Positions 9,522-18,048 of a DNA stretch of 32,000 nt are shown here, one piece after another. This stretch comes from Xanthomonas campestris pv. campestris str. ATCC 33913 (lineage in GTDB: Bacteria; Pseudomonadota; Gammaproteobacteria; Xanthomonadales; Xanthomonadaceae). The stretch's first letter is position 1; every line of letters starts with the position of its first letter. Made by a program: the position numbers and the translations under genes. The notes under the pieces are model-generated. The model made no database searches, had not been told where the DNA came from, and saw nothing but the letters and a program-made list of their open reading frames with translations. The stretch is taken from the NCBI RefSeq assembly GCF_000007145.1, contig NC_003902.1, forward strand, positions 847,436 to 879,435, given 5' to 3'.

Positions 9522-10352
9522 ATGCCGCTGATGACGTCCCCCGGAACCCTGCACGTGGTCGCCACGCCGATCGGCAACCTGGCCGACCTGTCGCCGCGCG
9601 CCCAGGAGACGCTGCGCGGTGTGGCCGCCATCTGTGCCGAAGACACCCGCCATACCCGCCAGTTGTTGAGCCATTTCGGCATCGACCGCCCGCTGTTGGC
9701 CCTGCACGACCACAACGAAGAAGCCATGTCCGAGCGCATCGTGACCCGCCTGCGCGAGGGCGAATCGCTGGCCATCGTCAGCGACGCCGGCACCCCGCTG
9801 GTCAGCGACCCTGGCTTCAAGCTGGTGCGTGCCGCCCGTGAGGCCGGCATCCGGGTCAGCCCGGTACCGGGCGCCTGCGCCGCCATCGCCGCGCTCAGCG
9901 TTGCCGGCTTGCCGAGCGACCGGTTCGGCTTTGAAGGCTTCCTGCCGGCCAAATCCGCTGCGCGCCGCGAGCGGCTGTCACGCCTGGCCGGCGAGACGCG
10001 CACGCTGGTGTTCTACGAATCCTCGCACCGCATCGTCGAATCGCTGGCCGACCTGCGCAGTGCCTTCGGCGACGACCGCCCCGCGGTGATCGCCCGCGAG
10101 CTGACCAAGCTGTTCGAAACCGTGCTCGATGGCAGCCTGGCCGACCTGCAGGCCCAGGTCGAAGCCGACGACAACCAGCGCAAGGGCGAGTTCGTGGTGA
10201 TGGTGCAGGGCGCCGCCGATGCCGCCGACGGCCAACTTGCCGAAGGCCGCCGCGTCTACGCCAAGCTTGCCGAACACCTGCCACCATCCACCGCCGCCAA
10301 GCTGGCCGCTGAGCTGACTGGTGCGCCGCGTAAGGCGTTATACGGTGGCTGA
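9522..10352 (+). CDS. rsmI: 16S rRNA (cytidine1402-2'-O)-methyltransferase RsmI
   Basis: The track ORF (8739) is over-extended and runs antisense to lpoA. The ATG at 9522 gives MPLMTSPGTLHVVATPIGNLADLSPRA..., with the tetrapyrrole-methylase-fold motifs of RsmI (CEDTRHT, SDAGTPLVSDPG). Confidence 0.9.
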   Translation: MPLMTSPGTLHVVATPIGNLADLSPRAQETLRGVAAICAEDTRHTRQLLSHFGIDRPLLALHDHNEEAMSERIVTRLREGESLAIVSDAGTPLVSDPGFKLVRAAREAGIRVSPVPGACAAIAALSVAGLPSDRFGFEGFLPAKSAARRERLSRLAGETRTLVFYESSHRIVESLADLRSAFGDDRPAVIARELTKLFETVLDGSLADLQAQVEADDNQRKGEFVVMVQGAADAADGQLAEGRRVYAKLAEHLPPSTAAKLAAELTGAPRKALYGG

Positions 10353-10457
10353 TGTCGTTGTCCCAGGAGCGCGCTTGCGCGCGATGGAGCGTTCTCGGTC
10401 AAGCCCTGATTGCGCGCAGTCGCGCTCCCTGCATCGGCCAGCCAACTTGCCGCGCCG

Positions 10458-10484
10458 TTCTGCACGGCAGCGATAGCGTAGAAT
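10458..10484 (+). promoter_or_regulatory. Candidate rnpB promoter (-10 TAGAAT)
   Basis: TAGAAT at 10479-10484 lies ~7-10 nt upstream of the predicted RNase P RNA 5' end. The -35 is weak (TTCTGC, 10458-10463, 15-nt spacer). Confidence 0.4.
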
Positions 10485-10491
10485 GCGCCCC

Positions 10492-10846
10492 GGCGGAGTC
10501 GGCCAGACAGTCGCGTCACTCGCAAGAGTGCCGAGGAAAGTCCGGGCTCCATAGGGCAAGGTGCCAGGTAACGCCTGGGCGGCGCAAGCCGACGGAAAGT
10601 GCAACAGAAAGATACCGCCTACGTTCCCTTCGGGGAGCCGGTAAGGGTGAAATGGTGCGGTAAGAGCGCACCGCGAGTCCGGTAACGGACCGGCACGGCA
10701 AACCCCACCTGGAGCAAGACCAAATAGGGATCCATTGGCGTGGCCCGCGCTGGATCCGGGTAGGTTGCTTGAGCGCTGCGGTGACGTAGCGCCTAGACGA
10801 ATGACTGTCCACGACAGAACCCGGCTTATCGGCCGGCTCCGCCGCC
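10492..10846 (+). ncRNA. rnpB: RNase P RNA, bacterial type A
   Basis: It contains the universal blocks GAGGAAAGUCCGGGCUCCAUAGGGCA, GUGCCAGGUAACGCCUGG, GGUAAGGGUGAAA, GGUAAGAGCGCACC and ACAGAACCCGGCUUAU. The P1 pairing is GGCGGAGUCGGCC (10492-10504) with GGCCGGCUCCGCC (10831-10843). It is collinear with E. coli M1 RNA as I recall it. Confidence 0.93.
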
Positions 10847-11158
10847 TTGCTTTGGGCATCGCCCAAAGCTAAGGCGCCCACGCTTCGTACCGCCTGCGGC
10901 AGTACAAAACGCGGGTCCCGCTCCGGGCATGCCAAATCCCCGCGGCTGTCGCCGCGCCCCCTTGACTCAAGGGGGCTTGCACTTGGGTGCACTGCTGGGC
11001 GCTTTGCCTTGGCTGCGATCAATGCGATCTGGTTGCTGCGGTCATCGTTACGTGGCTTGGGCTTCGCCTTCGCGGTCTATTTGATCGTTTTTGGGGCTTG
11101 GGCTTCGCCCTCGTGGCCGACGACGCGTTGGTGTTTCCCCTGCGGCCGTGTTTGGCGC

Positions 11159-11476
11159 TTAGCCGAATGAGCGGGTGAACAGTTCGTCCAGGGCGTCGAT
11201 GATGGTTTGGCCTTGGTCTTTCAGGGAGCCGGCAGGTTTGCTGAGCGCCGCCAGCGGCACCGAGGTCATTTCCAGGGGCTGCAGGATGACGCTGTGGCCG
11301 GACACCGTGAGTTCCGGGGTGAAGCGGGATGGGGTCGGGGAGTGGGTGGACTTTCGGACCAGGGGCACGACGACGCGGCGAGGTGAGGCGTCGAAGATCT
11401 TTGACTGGACGACCACCACGTACGGGATGTTCTTGTTCTGGCCGACGTTCGCGTAGACATCGAACTGGTCGGTCAT
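11159..11476 (-). CDS. ccdB: CcdB-family toxin
   Basis: 105 aa starting at the ATG at 11474-11476: MTDQFDVYANVGQNKNIPYVVVVQSKIFDASPRRVVVPLV.... This matches the CcdB N-terminal pattern (FxVY...PYLVDVQS..D....R.V.PL). It has a 4-nt ATGA overlap with the upstream antitoxin gene. Confidence 0.8.
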   Translation of the reverse strand: MTDQFDVYANVGQNKNIPYVVVVQSKIFDASPRRVVVPLVRKSTHSPTPSRFTPELTVSGHSVILQPLEMTSVPLAALSKPAGSLKDQGQTIIDALDELFTRSFG

Positions 11477-11724
11477 AGCGTGGAGAACTCGTCGGCGAAG
11501 GAGCCGTGCGCGTCGGTGAAGGTCTTCCATTCGCTTGCGGCGCGTTGCAGCTCCATCGCTCTGGCGCTGTGGCTGTCGCGCTCTTTTGTCACGTAGTCGG
11601 CCAGCAGTTCTTCGACCTTTGCCGACAGGTTGCCGGTCATCGCCCGTGCCTGCGCGGCCAAGTCCGAGTTGATGGTCAGGTTCAGCGGCTTTTTTTGCGC
11701 GGAAGTGTCGTAGTAACGGCTCAT
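11473..11724 (-). CDS. ccdA: CcdA-family antitoxin
   Basis: 83 aa starting at the ATG at 11722-11724: MSRYYDTSAQKKPLNLTINSDLAAQAR.... The C-terminal HGSFADEFSTL resembles the CcdA NGSFADE motif. The 101-aa track ORF start (11778) lies inside the promoter region. Confidence 0.75.
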   Translation of the reverse strand: MSRYYDTSAQKKPLNLTINSDLAAQARAMTGNLSAKVEELLADYVTKERDSHSARAMELQRAASEWKTFTDAHGSFADEFSTL

Positions 11725-11739
11725 GATTGGCATCCCGTC

Positions 11740-11779
11740 ATTCATGCGCACGCTATGCGCATGAATGCGCATTGTCAAT
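11740..11779 (-). promoter_or_regulatory. ccdAB promoter with palindromic operator
   Basis: The minus strand reads TTGACA (plus 11773-11778), a 17-nt spacer, then TAGCGT (plus 11750-11755). The perfect 11-bp inverted repeat ATTCATGCGCA (11740-11750) / TGCGCATGAAT (11756-11766) brackets the -10. A second palindrome, GCATTG-T-CAATGC (11767-11779), covers the -35. Confidence 0.55.
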
Positions 11780-12542
11780 GCATGCCGGCGACGTCCAGTC
11801 GTGTCTCGCCCTGAAAGACACCATCCGGGCCGAAGCGGCGTTCGTGGATGAAGCCGTGGCCGTGGTGGTCCACCGCCACGATGGTGCTGGCGCGGGTGCC
11901 ATAGCTGGCGCCGCGGATGAAGGCCGCCGAGAGCAGGCGTTCGGTGGCGCGGTCCACGCCGGTGTGCGGGAGGTCAGCATCTGCGGCAGTAGCGGGGTTG
12001 GCCAAGGCCGTCCACAACGGCTGCAGGTCGTCGCTGCCGCTGTCGCACCAGGCGGCCAGTGCGTGCGTCAGCGCGGTGGTCTTGGGCCAGTGCGCATCCA
12101 GCGGGCCGTTGGACATGCCGTGGATTCCCGGGGCGAGGGCGCGTGCCAGCGCTGGATGGTTGCTGAGGTGCTCGCAGCGCTCGGCGTCGCACAGCAGCAG
12201 ATTGAAGGGCGGGAACTCCTGCCCGGCAGCCGCCAGTTCGCGCGCGTAGGTGGCCGCGTCCGCGCTGCCGGAGAGGTAATCGGCAATCAGGTGGCCACGC
12301 GAACGGCCGGAGGCAGTGGCCAGCGGGTCGCGCACGTTGGTCACGACGGCGGCGCGGCCGTCCAGCCCCAGGCCCACCCAGCTGCCGCCGGAGCGCAGGT
12401 CGCGGCCGGCCAGTACGCGCTCGGCCGGCGCCGCCCATTGCGCCAGTGGCGCGGTGGGGCGCTCGTGGAACTCATCGCGGTTGCCGGCCAGCAGCAGGCG
12501 CCAGCGCGGGTGGGTTTTCCAGGCAAGAGCGACCAGGCACAT
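11775..12542 (-). CDS. NRDE family protein (DUF833 / TANGO2-like)
   Basis: 255 aa. The N-terminus MCLVALAWKTHPRWRLLLAGNRDEFHERP carries the eponymous NRDE motif. Confidence 0.85.
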   Translation of the reverse strand: MCLVALAWKTHPRWRLLLAGNRDEFHERPTAPLAQWAAPAERVLAGRDLRSGGSWVGLGLDGRAAVVTNVRDPLATASGRSRGHLIADYLSGSADAATYARELAAAGQEFPPFNLLLCDAERCEHLSNHPALARALAPGIHGMSNGPLDAHWPKTTALTHALAAWCDSGSDDLQPLWTALANPATAADADLPHTGVDRATERLLSAAFIRGASYGTRASTIVAVDHHGHGFIHERRFGPDGVFQGETRLDVAGMH

Positions 12543-12757
12543 GCCTTCTATTGTCGCCCGTTTGCGCAGTTGAGGTCTGCAGCTGGCGCAGCGTGAAGTG
12601 AGACAGTGGTCGGGTTTACATGGCCTTCACGCCCCTGAATTTTTGTTCAATCTCAAAATCTGAGACGAAACAGCAACTTGTGGATAAGCTTTGAACAAGT
12701 CTCTAAAGAGTGCTGCAACTCATTGATGTGACTAGCGATTTGCGCCTTTGAAAACTG

Positions 12758-12829
12758 TTGACAACCTTTGACGCACTGCTAAGGTGGGCAACGGAGGGAA
12801 AACCAGGCTTTTTGTGGTTTTTCGTGGTT
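12758..12829 (+). promoter_or_regulatory. Candidate dcw promoter (Pmra-like) followed by phased MraZ-box-like repeats
   Basis: -35 TTGACA (12758-12763), 16-nt spacer, -10 TAAGGT (12780-12785). Pentamers on a 10-nt grid follow: GTGGG 12784, GAGGG 12794, (CAGGC 12804, poor), GTGGT 12814, GTGGT 12824. They lie 40-80 nt upstream of the mraZ start. Confidence 0.4.
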
Positions 12830-12866
12830 CAATGATCCCCCAGGCGGATTTTCGAGGTTGCATTCG

Positions 12867-13313
12867 GTGTTTCAGGGCGAGACGGCCATCACGGTGGACG
12901 ACAAGGGGCGTATGGCGGTGCCAACCGCATATCGCGACCTGGTTGCGCGCGTGAGCGGCAATCGCCTGGTGCTCACCTACAACCCGTTCGAAGCCGGATG
13001 CCTGTGGCTGTATGCAGAAAAGGAGTGGGAGCGGGTGCGTGACGATGTGATGTCCAAGCCCAATACCCAGCGGGTGGTGCGCACGCTGCAGCAGAAGCTG
13101 GTGGGTTCTTCGGCGGTGCTGGAGCTCGACGCCAATGGCCGTTTGAGCATCCCCGCCAGCCACCGCAATGCGGTCGGCATTGAAAAGAAGGCCGTGCTGT
13201 TGGGCATGGGCGACAAGTTCGAACTCTGGAGCGAGCAGGCACATCGCGCACTGATCCAGCAGACATTGTCTGACGGGGATCTGGGCGATGAATTGCTCGA
13301 TCTCAGGTTGTGA
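12867..13313 (+). CDS. mraZ: Transcriptional regulator MraZ
   Basis: The sequence [24 protein letters not shown] shows the duplicated SpoVT/AbrB-like MraZ pattern (DxKGR twice: DDKGRMAVP and DANGRLSIP). I prefer GTG 12867 (GAGG 9-10 nt upstream) over the track TTG 12858. Confidence 0.9.
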
Positions 13314-14386
13314 GCCGGGGTGCCCGGATGCGCGGTGAAGCGCAGCCCGGTCACCCGGTGTCGCAGCCGCCGGCGGCCCACGTGCCGGTGCTGTACACCC
13401 AGGTTCTCGAAGGCCTGCAGGTGACCGAAAACGGAACCTATCTCGATGGCACGTTCGGGCGTGGCGGACACGCACGCGGCGTGCTGGAACACCTTGGCCC
13501 GGGAGGTCGACTGCTGGTGATGGACAAGGACCCCGAAGCGATTGCCGTGGCCGAACACACGTTCGGTGGCGATGCGCGCGTGTCCATCCATCGCGGCAGT
13601 TTCGCCGGGCTCGGCCAGGTGGTCGCCGCGGCAACCGTCGACGGCATCCTGCTGGACCTGGGCGTGTCTTCGCCGCAACTGGACGTGGCCGGGCGCGGTT
13701 TCAGTTTCGGCAAGGACGGCCCGCTGGACATGCGTATGGACCCCGATAGCGGGCAGAGCGCCGCCGGCTGGCTGGCGCAGGCAACCGACCGCGAGATTGC
13801 CGATGTGTTGTGGACCTACGGCGAAGAACGCCAGAGCCGGCGCATCGCGCGGGCGATCGTGGCGCGCCGTGGCGAACAGCCGTTGCTGCGCACCGCGCAA
13901 CTGGCCGACCTGATTGCCTCGGTGATGCCGCGCGGCGACAGCAAGACTCATCCGGCCACGCGCAGCTTTCAGGCGATCCGCATCCATATCAACCGCGAGC
14001 TGGCCGACCTGGAAGCCGGGCTGGACGCTGCCCTGGGCGCGCTCAAGCCGGGTGGCCGCCTGGCGGTGATCAGCTTCCATTCGCTGGAAGACCGCATCGT
14101 CAAGCAGTTCATGGCCCGCTACGCCAAGGCCCCGCCAAGCAACCGCCGTCTGCCCGAAGCGCAGCCGTTCGTGCCGACCCTGCAACTGGTCAGCGGCGCG
14201 ATCAAGGCCGACGACAGCGAGCTGGCCGTCAACCCGCGCGCCCGCAGTGCGGTGCTGCGGGTGGCTGAAAAGCTGGGAATGGAGAATCGGGAATCGGGAA
14301 TGGGCAAAGGCCACGGCGCCGCTGCTTCTCGATTCCCCACTCCCGATTCCCGATTCCCGACGTCTCCCAACGGAGACGCCCCATGA
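13310..14386 (+). CDS. rsmH: 16S rRNA (cytosine1402-N4)-methyltransferase RsmH (MraW), with a repeat-encoded C-terminal tail
   Basis: [43 protein letters not shown] and [14 protein letters not shown] are RsmH hallmarks. The start is either GTG 13310 (GTGA overlap with mraZ) or ATG 13328. The last 36 codons are encoded by HPE-2. The stop lies in an ATGA overlap with ftsL. Confidence 0.9.
14275..14358. repeat. Heptamer palindromic element copy 2 (HPE-2), inside the rsmH 3' end
   Basis: Left arm GGGAATG GAGAATC GGGAATC GGGAATG GG (14275-14304), a 26-nt loop, and right arm GATTCCC CACTCCC GATTCCC GATTCCC (14331-14358). Confidence 0.9.
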
Positions 14387-14646
14387 GCCGCCTGCTGCTC
14401 ATCGTGCTGCTCGCCTGCAGCATCGCCTCGGCGATCGGTGTGGTGTACATGCGCCACATGCATCGCAAGTTGTTCGTGCAGTTGTCCAAGCTCGAACACA
14501 GCCGCGATGAATTGAATATCGAATTCGGCCGGCTGCAGCTGGAGCAGGCCACGTGGGCGGAAAGCAATCGCGTGGATCAGGTCTCGCGTGAGCGCATCGG
14601 GATGAAGTTCCCGGAGACCAGCGACATCGTGGTGATCCGCCCATGA
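14383..14646 (+). CDS. ftsL: Cell division protein FtsL
   Basis: 87 aa, a small bitopic protein ([21 protein letters not shown]) followed by a coiled-coil-like segment. It occupies the canonical position between rsmH and ftsI. GGAG lies 7 nt upstream. Confidence 0.85.
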   Translation: MSRLLLIVLLACSIASAIGVVYMRHMHRKLFVQLSKLEHSRDELNIEFGRLQLEQATWAESNRVDQVSRERIGMKFPETSDIVVIRP

Positions 14647-14701
14647 CAAGCTGGCACGACAGCCGTTTCGCACTGGCAAGCCGCGCACAGGGATGTGCGC
14701 C

Positions 14702-16564
14702 ATGAAAGCCGGCCGCAACCGCCCCCGTAGCAACTTCAACCTGCGCGGCCGCCTGACCCTGGTCGGCGTGGCGCTGGGTCTGTGCTCGGTGACGCTGATC
14801 GGCCGCGCGGCCTACGTGCAGCTGGTCAATCGCGATTTCTACCAGCGCCAGGGCGAGGCCCGCTATCTGCGCGAGCTGCCGATCGCCACCTCGCGCGGCA
14901 TGATCACCGACCGCAACGGCGAGCCGCTGGCGGTGTCCACGCCGGTGGAATCGATCTGGGTCAATCCGCAGGAATTGCTGCGTAACCCGGACCGCATCCC
15001 GGAGCTGGCCACCGCGCTCGGGCAGCCGCTGGACGAGTTGAACGCCAAGCTGGCGCAGAAGGCCGGCAAGGAATTCATGTACCTCAAGCGCCGGATCAAC
15101 CCGGACAAGGCGCATGCGATCGTGGATCTGAAGATCCCGGGCGTGTTTTCGCAGCGCGAGTTCCGCCGCTTCTATCCGCAAGGCGAAGCGATGGCCCACG
15201 TGCTGGGCTTCACCAATATCGACGACCGCGGCCAGGAAGGCCTGGAGCTGGCCTTCGACGAATGGCTGCGCGGCAAGCCGGGCTCCAAGAAGGTGGTGCG
15301 CGATGCCCGCGGCGCCATTGTCGAGAGCGTGGACCTGGTGCGTCCGGCGCAGCCGGGCAAAGACCTGACGCTGAGCATCGACCGCCGCATCCAGTTCCTG
15401 GCCTACAAGGAGCTGCGCAACGCGCTGGTCGAAAACAAGGCCGCTGGCGGCTCGATGGTGGTGATGGACGTGGCCACCGGCGAAGTGCTGGCCATGGTCA
15501 ACCTGCCCACCTACAACCCGAATTCGGTCACCGGCATCAACCCGTCGGCGCGCCGCAACCGCGCGGTCACCGACCTGGTGGAGCCGGGCTCGACGATGAA
15601 GCCGCTGACCGTGGCCACCGCGCTGACTGCCGGCGTGGTGACCAAGGACACCATCATCGATACCAACCCCGGCTACATGGCCGTGGGGCGCTTCACCATC
15701 CGCGACGTGCCGCGCAACAACGGCGTGCTCAACGTCACCGGCGTGATCACCCGCAGTTCCAACATCGGCGCGGCGAAGATCGCGGCCAAGGTGCCGGACC
15801 AGACGTTCTACCAGTCGATCCGCAACTTCGGTTACGGCAGCGCGCCGCAGAGCGGATTTCCGGGCGAATCGTCCGGCATGGTGCTGCAGCCGCAGAAGTG
15901 GAGTGGCCCGTCCAAGACCACCATGTCCTACGGTTACGGCCTGTCGGTGACGCCGCTGCAGATTGCGCAGGCGTACGCGACGTTGGGCAATGGCGGCAAG
16001 CTGACCCCGCCCACCTTCGTGCGCGGCCAGCACAACGAAACACGCCAGGTGGTGACGCCGGAAGTGGCGCGCCAGGTCATCGACATGATGGAAACCGTGG
16101 TCACCCAGGGCGGCGCGAAGGGTGCGGCGATCCTGGGGTATCACGTGGCCGGCAAGACCGGTACCGCGCGCAAGAACGGCGCTGGCGGCTACGAGCGCGG
16201 GCACTACAACGCGCTGTTCGCCGGCCTGGTGCCGGCCACCCGGCCGCGCTTTGCCACGGTCATCGTGATCAACGATCCGCAGGGCAAGGTGTATTACGGC
16301 GGCCTGGTGTCTGCGCCGGTGTTCCACCGGGTGATGGAAGGCGCGCTGCGGCTGATGGACGTGCCGCCGGACGACATCCAGTCGTGGCTGGCCGCGCAGG
16401 CGGCCGGCAAGACCGGCCAGCCGGTGGTCAAGCCGCAGCCGGCCGATCTCGACCCGGCGTTGGTGCCGGACCCGGTGGACGAAGTGTCCGCCGGCATCCC
16501 GACCGCACTGGCATCGGGCGCCACGCCCGCGCAGCCGGCGCCGTTGCAGGAGAGCCGCCAGTGA
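14702..16564 (+). CDS. ftsI: Peptidoglycan D,D-transpeptidase FtsI (PBP3)
   Basis: It has an N-terminal TM segment, a PBP dimerisation domain and a transpeptidase domain with STMKP, SSN and KTGT motifs. I prefer ATG 14702 (AGGGA 9 nt upstream) over ATG 14693. Confidence 0.92.
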   Translation: MKAGRNRPRSNFNLRGRLTLVGVALGLCSVTLIGRAAYVQLVNRDFYQRQGEARYLRELPIATSRGMITDRNGEPLAVSTPVESIWVNPQELLRNPDRIPELATALGQPLDELNAKLAQKAGKEFMYLKRRINPDKAHAIVDLKIPGVFSQREFRRFYPQGEAMAHVLGFTNIDDRGQEGLELAFDEWLRGKPGSKKVVRDARGAIVESVDLVRPAQPGKDLTLSIDRRIQFLAYKELRNALVENKAAGGSMVVMDVATGEVLAMVNLPTYNPNSVTGINPSARRNRAVTDLVEPGSTMKPLTVATALTAGVVTKDTIIDTNPGYMAVGRFTIRDVPRNNGVLNVTGVITRSSNIGAAKIAAKVPDQTFYQSIRNFGYGSAPQSGFPGESSGMVLQPQKWSGPSKTTMSYGYGLSVTPLQIAQAYATLGNGGKLTPPTFVRGQHNETRQVVTPEVARQVIDMMETVVTQGGAKGAAILGYHVAGKTGTARKNGAGGYERGHYNALFAGLVPATRPRFATVIVINDPQGKVYYGGLVSAPVFHRVMEGALRLMDVPPDDIQSWLAAQAAGKTGQPVVKPQPADLDPALVPDPVDEVSAGIPTALASGATPAQPAPLQESRQ

Positions 16565-18048
16565 GCCGCGCCATGGCACTGTCGCAGCTGCTCCCGGACG
16601 TGGCGCTTGCACGCGATGTGCAGGTGTCCGGCCTGGTGATGGACAGCCGTGCCGTGCGCCCGGGCGATGCCTTCGTGGCCATCGCCGGCTTCGGTGCGCA
16701 TGGGCTGGGATTTGCCGCACAGGCGCTGGCCAGCGGTGCATCCGCCATCCTGTTCGAACCGCCGGCGCCGGCCGACCTGCCAGTGCCGGCCGACGCGATC
16801 GCCGTGCCGGGGTTGCGCGCGCGCCTGGGCGTGCTGGCCGACCACTTCCACGGTGCGCCGTCGCAGGCGATGCGCATGATTGGTGTCACCGGCACCAACG
16901 GCAAAACCTCCACGGTGCAGCTGCTGGCGCAGGCGCTGACGCTGCTCGGCACCCCCACCGGCACCATTGGCACGCTGGGCGTGGGCCTGTACGGCGCTGC
17001 GGTGCCGACCGGGTTCACCACGCCGCTGGTGTTGCAGACCCACGCCGAGCTCGCGCAACTGCGCGATGCCGGCGCGCAGGCGGTGGCGATGGAAGTCAGT
17101 TCGCATGCACTCGATCAGGGCCGCGTGGATGCGGTGCAGTTCGACGTGGCGGTGTTCACCAATCTCACTCGCGACCATCTCGATTATCACGGCGACATGG
17201 CGCAGTACGGTGCGGCCAAGGCCAAGCTGTTCGCACGCGCCGGGTTGCGCGCAGCGGTCGTGAACCTGGACGACGCCTTCGGCCGCACGTTGTTTGCGGC
17301 GCTGGATCCGGCACTGCACGCCATCGGCGTGAGCTCGCGTGCGCAGGCCGGTGCCACGGTGCAGGCGCAGGATTTGCAGCTCGATCACCACGGCATCCAG
17401 TTTACGTTGCACATCGGCGAAGCGGCGCACCCGGTGCGCTCGCCGCTGCTGGGCCGTTTCAACGTGGATAACCTGCTGGCCGTGGCCGGCGCGCTGCACG
17501 CGCTCGACATCGCACCGGCGCAGATCGCCGAAGTGCTGGGCCGCTTGCAGCCGATCCACGGCCGCATGAATCGCCTGGGTGGTGCGCATGGCGCGCCGCT
17601 GGTGGTGGTGGACTACGCACACACGCCTGACGCACTGGAACAGGCGCTCACCAGCCTGCGTTCGCATGCGCAGGATCGGTTGATCTGCGTGTTCGGCTGC
17701 GGCGGCGAACGCGACACCGGCAAGCGCCCACAGATGGCTGCCATTGCCGAGGTCACCGCCGATGTGGCGATCGTCACCGACGATAATCCGCGCGGCGAAG
17801 ATGGCGATGTGATCGTTGCCGACATCCTGCGCGGGTTTGCGCGTCCGGATGCGGCGATCGTGCAGCGCGACCGTGCTGCCGCCATCCACCAGGCCATCAG
17901 CATGGCCGGCGCGGACGACATCGTGCTGATCGCCGGCAAGGGCCATGAGCCGTATCAGGAAGTGGCCGGCGTGCGGCATGCCTTCGACGATGCAGCGGTG
18001 GCTGCGCAGGCGTTGCTGCCGCGCACCGGGCTGGGGGTGCGGGTATGA
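16561..18048 (+). CDS. murE: UDP-N-acetylmuramoyl-L-alanyl-D-glutamate--2,6-diaminopimelate ligase MurE
   Basis: The track ORF (15262) is an alternate-frame over-extension across ftsI. GTG 16561 overlaps the ftsI stop (GTGA); ATG 16573 is an alternative. It has the Mur ligase motifs [10 protein letters not shown] and DNPR. Confidence 0.9.
   Translation: MSRAMALSQLLPDVALARDVQVSGLVMDSRAVRPGDAFVAIAGFGAHGLGFAAQALASGASAILFEPPAPADLPVPADAIAVPGLRARLGVLADHFHGAPSQAMRMIGVTGTNGKTSTVQLLAQALTLLGTPTGTIGTLGVGLYGAAVPTGFTTPLVLQTHAELAQLRDAGAQAVAMEVSSHALDQGRVDAVQFDVAVFTNLTRDHLDYHGDMAQYGAAKAKLFARAGLRAAVVNLDDAFGRTLFAALDPALHAIGVSSRAQAGATVQAQDLQLDHHGIQFTLHIGEAAHPVRSPLLGRFNVDNLLAVAGALHALDIAPAQIAEVLGRLQPIHGRMNRLGGAHGAPLVVVDYAHTPDALEQALTSLRSHAQDRLICVFGCGGERDTGKRPQMAAIAEVTADVAIVTDDNPRGEDGDVIVADILRGFARPDAAIVQRDRAAAIHQAISMAGADDIVLIAGKGHEPYQEVAGVRHAFDDAAVAAQALLPRTGLGVRV

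Noticed and set aside
12591-12646. The hairpin GCGTGAAG-N26-CTTCACGC followed by a T-run (AATTTTT), resembling a plus-strand terminator.
   Set aside because: No plus-strand gene ends upstream, because the adjacent NRDE gene is on the minus strand and starts at 12542. The 26-nt loop is large. This is more likely part of the AT-rich divergent promoter region.
14399-16741. Very long antisense or alternate-frame ORFs in the track. Examples: 780 aa opposite ftsI, 496 aa at 27982-29472 opposite ftsZ, 741 aa at 7616-9841 opposite lpoA, 418 aa at 1189-2445 opposite kdpD, and 550 aa at 24627-26279 opposite ddl/ftsQ.
   Set aside because: Their translations are R/A/G/P/H-rich low-complexity strings with no recognisable motifs. 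Each lies opposite a gene with unmistakable family motifs. Stop-poor antisense frames are expected at ~65% GC.
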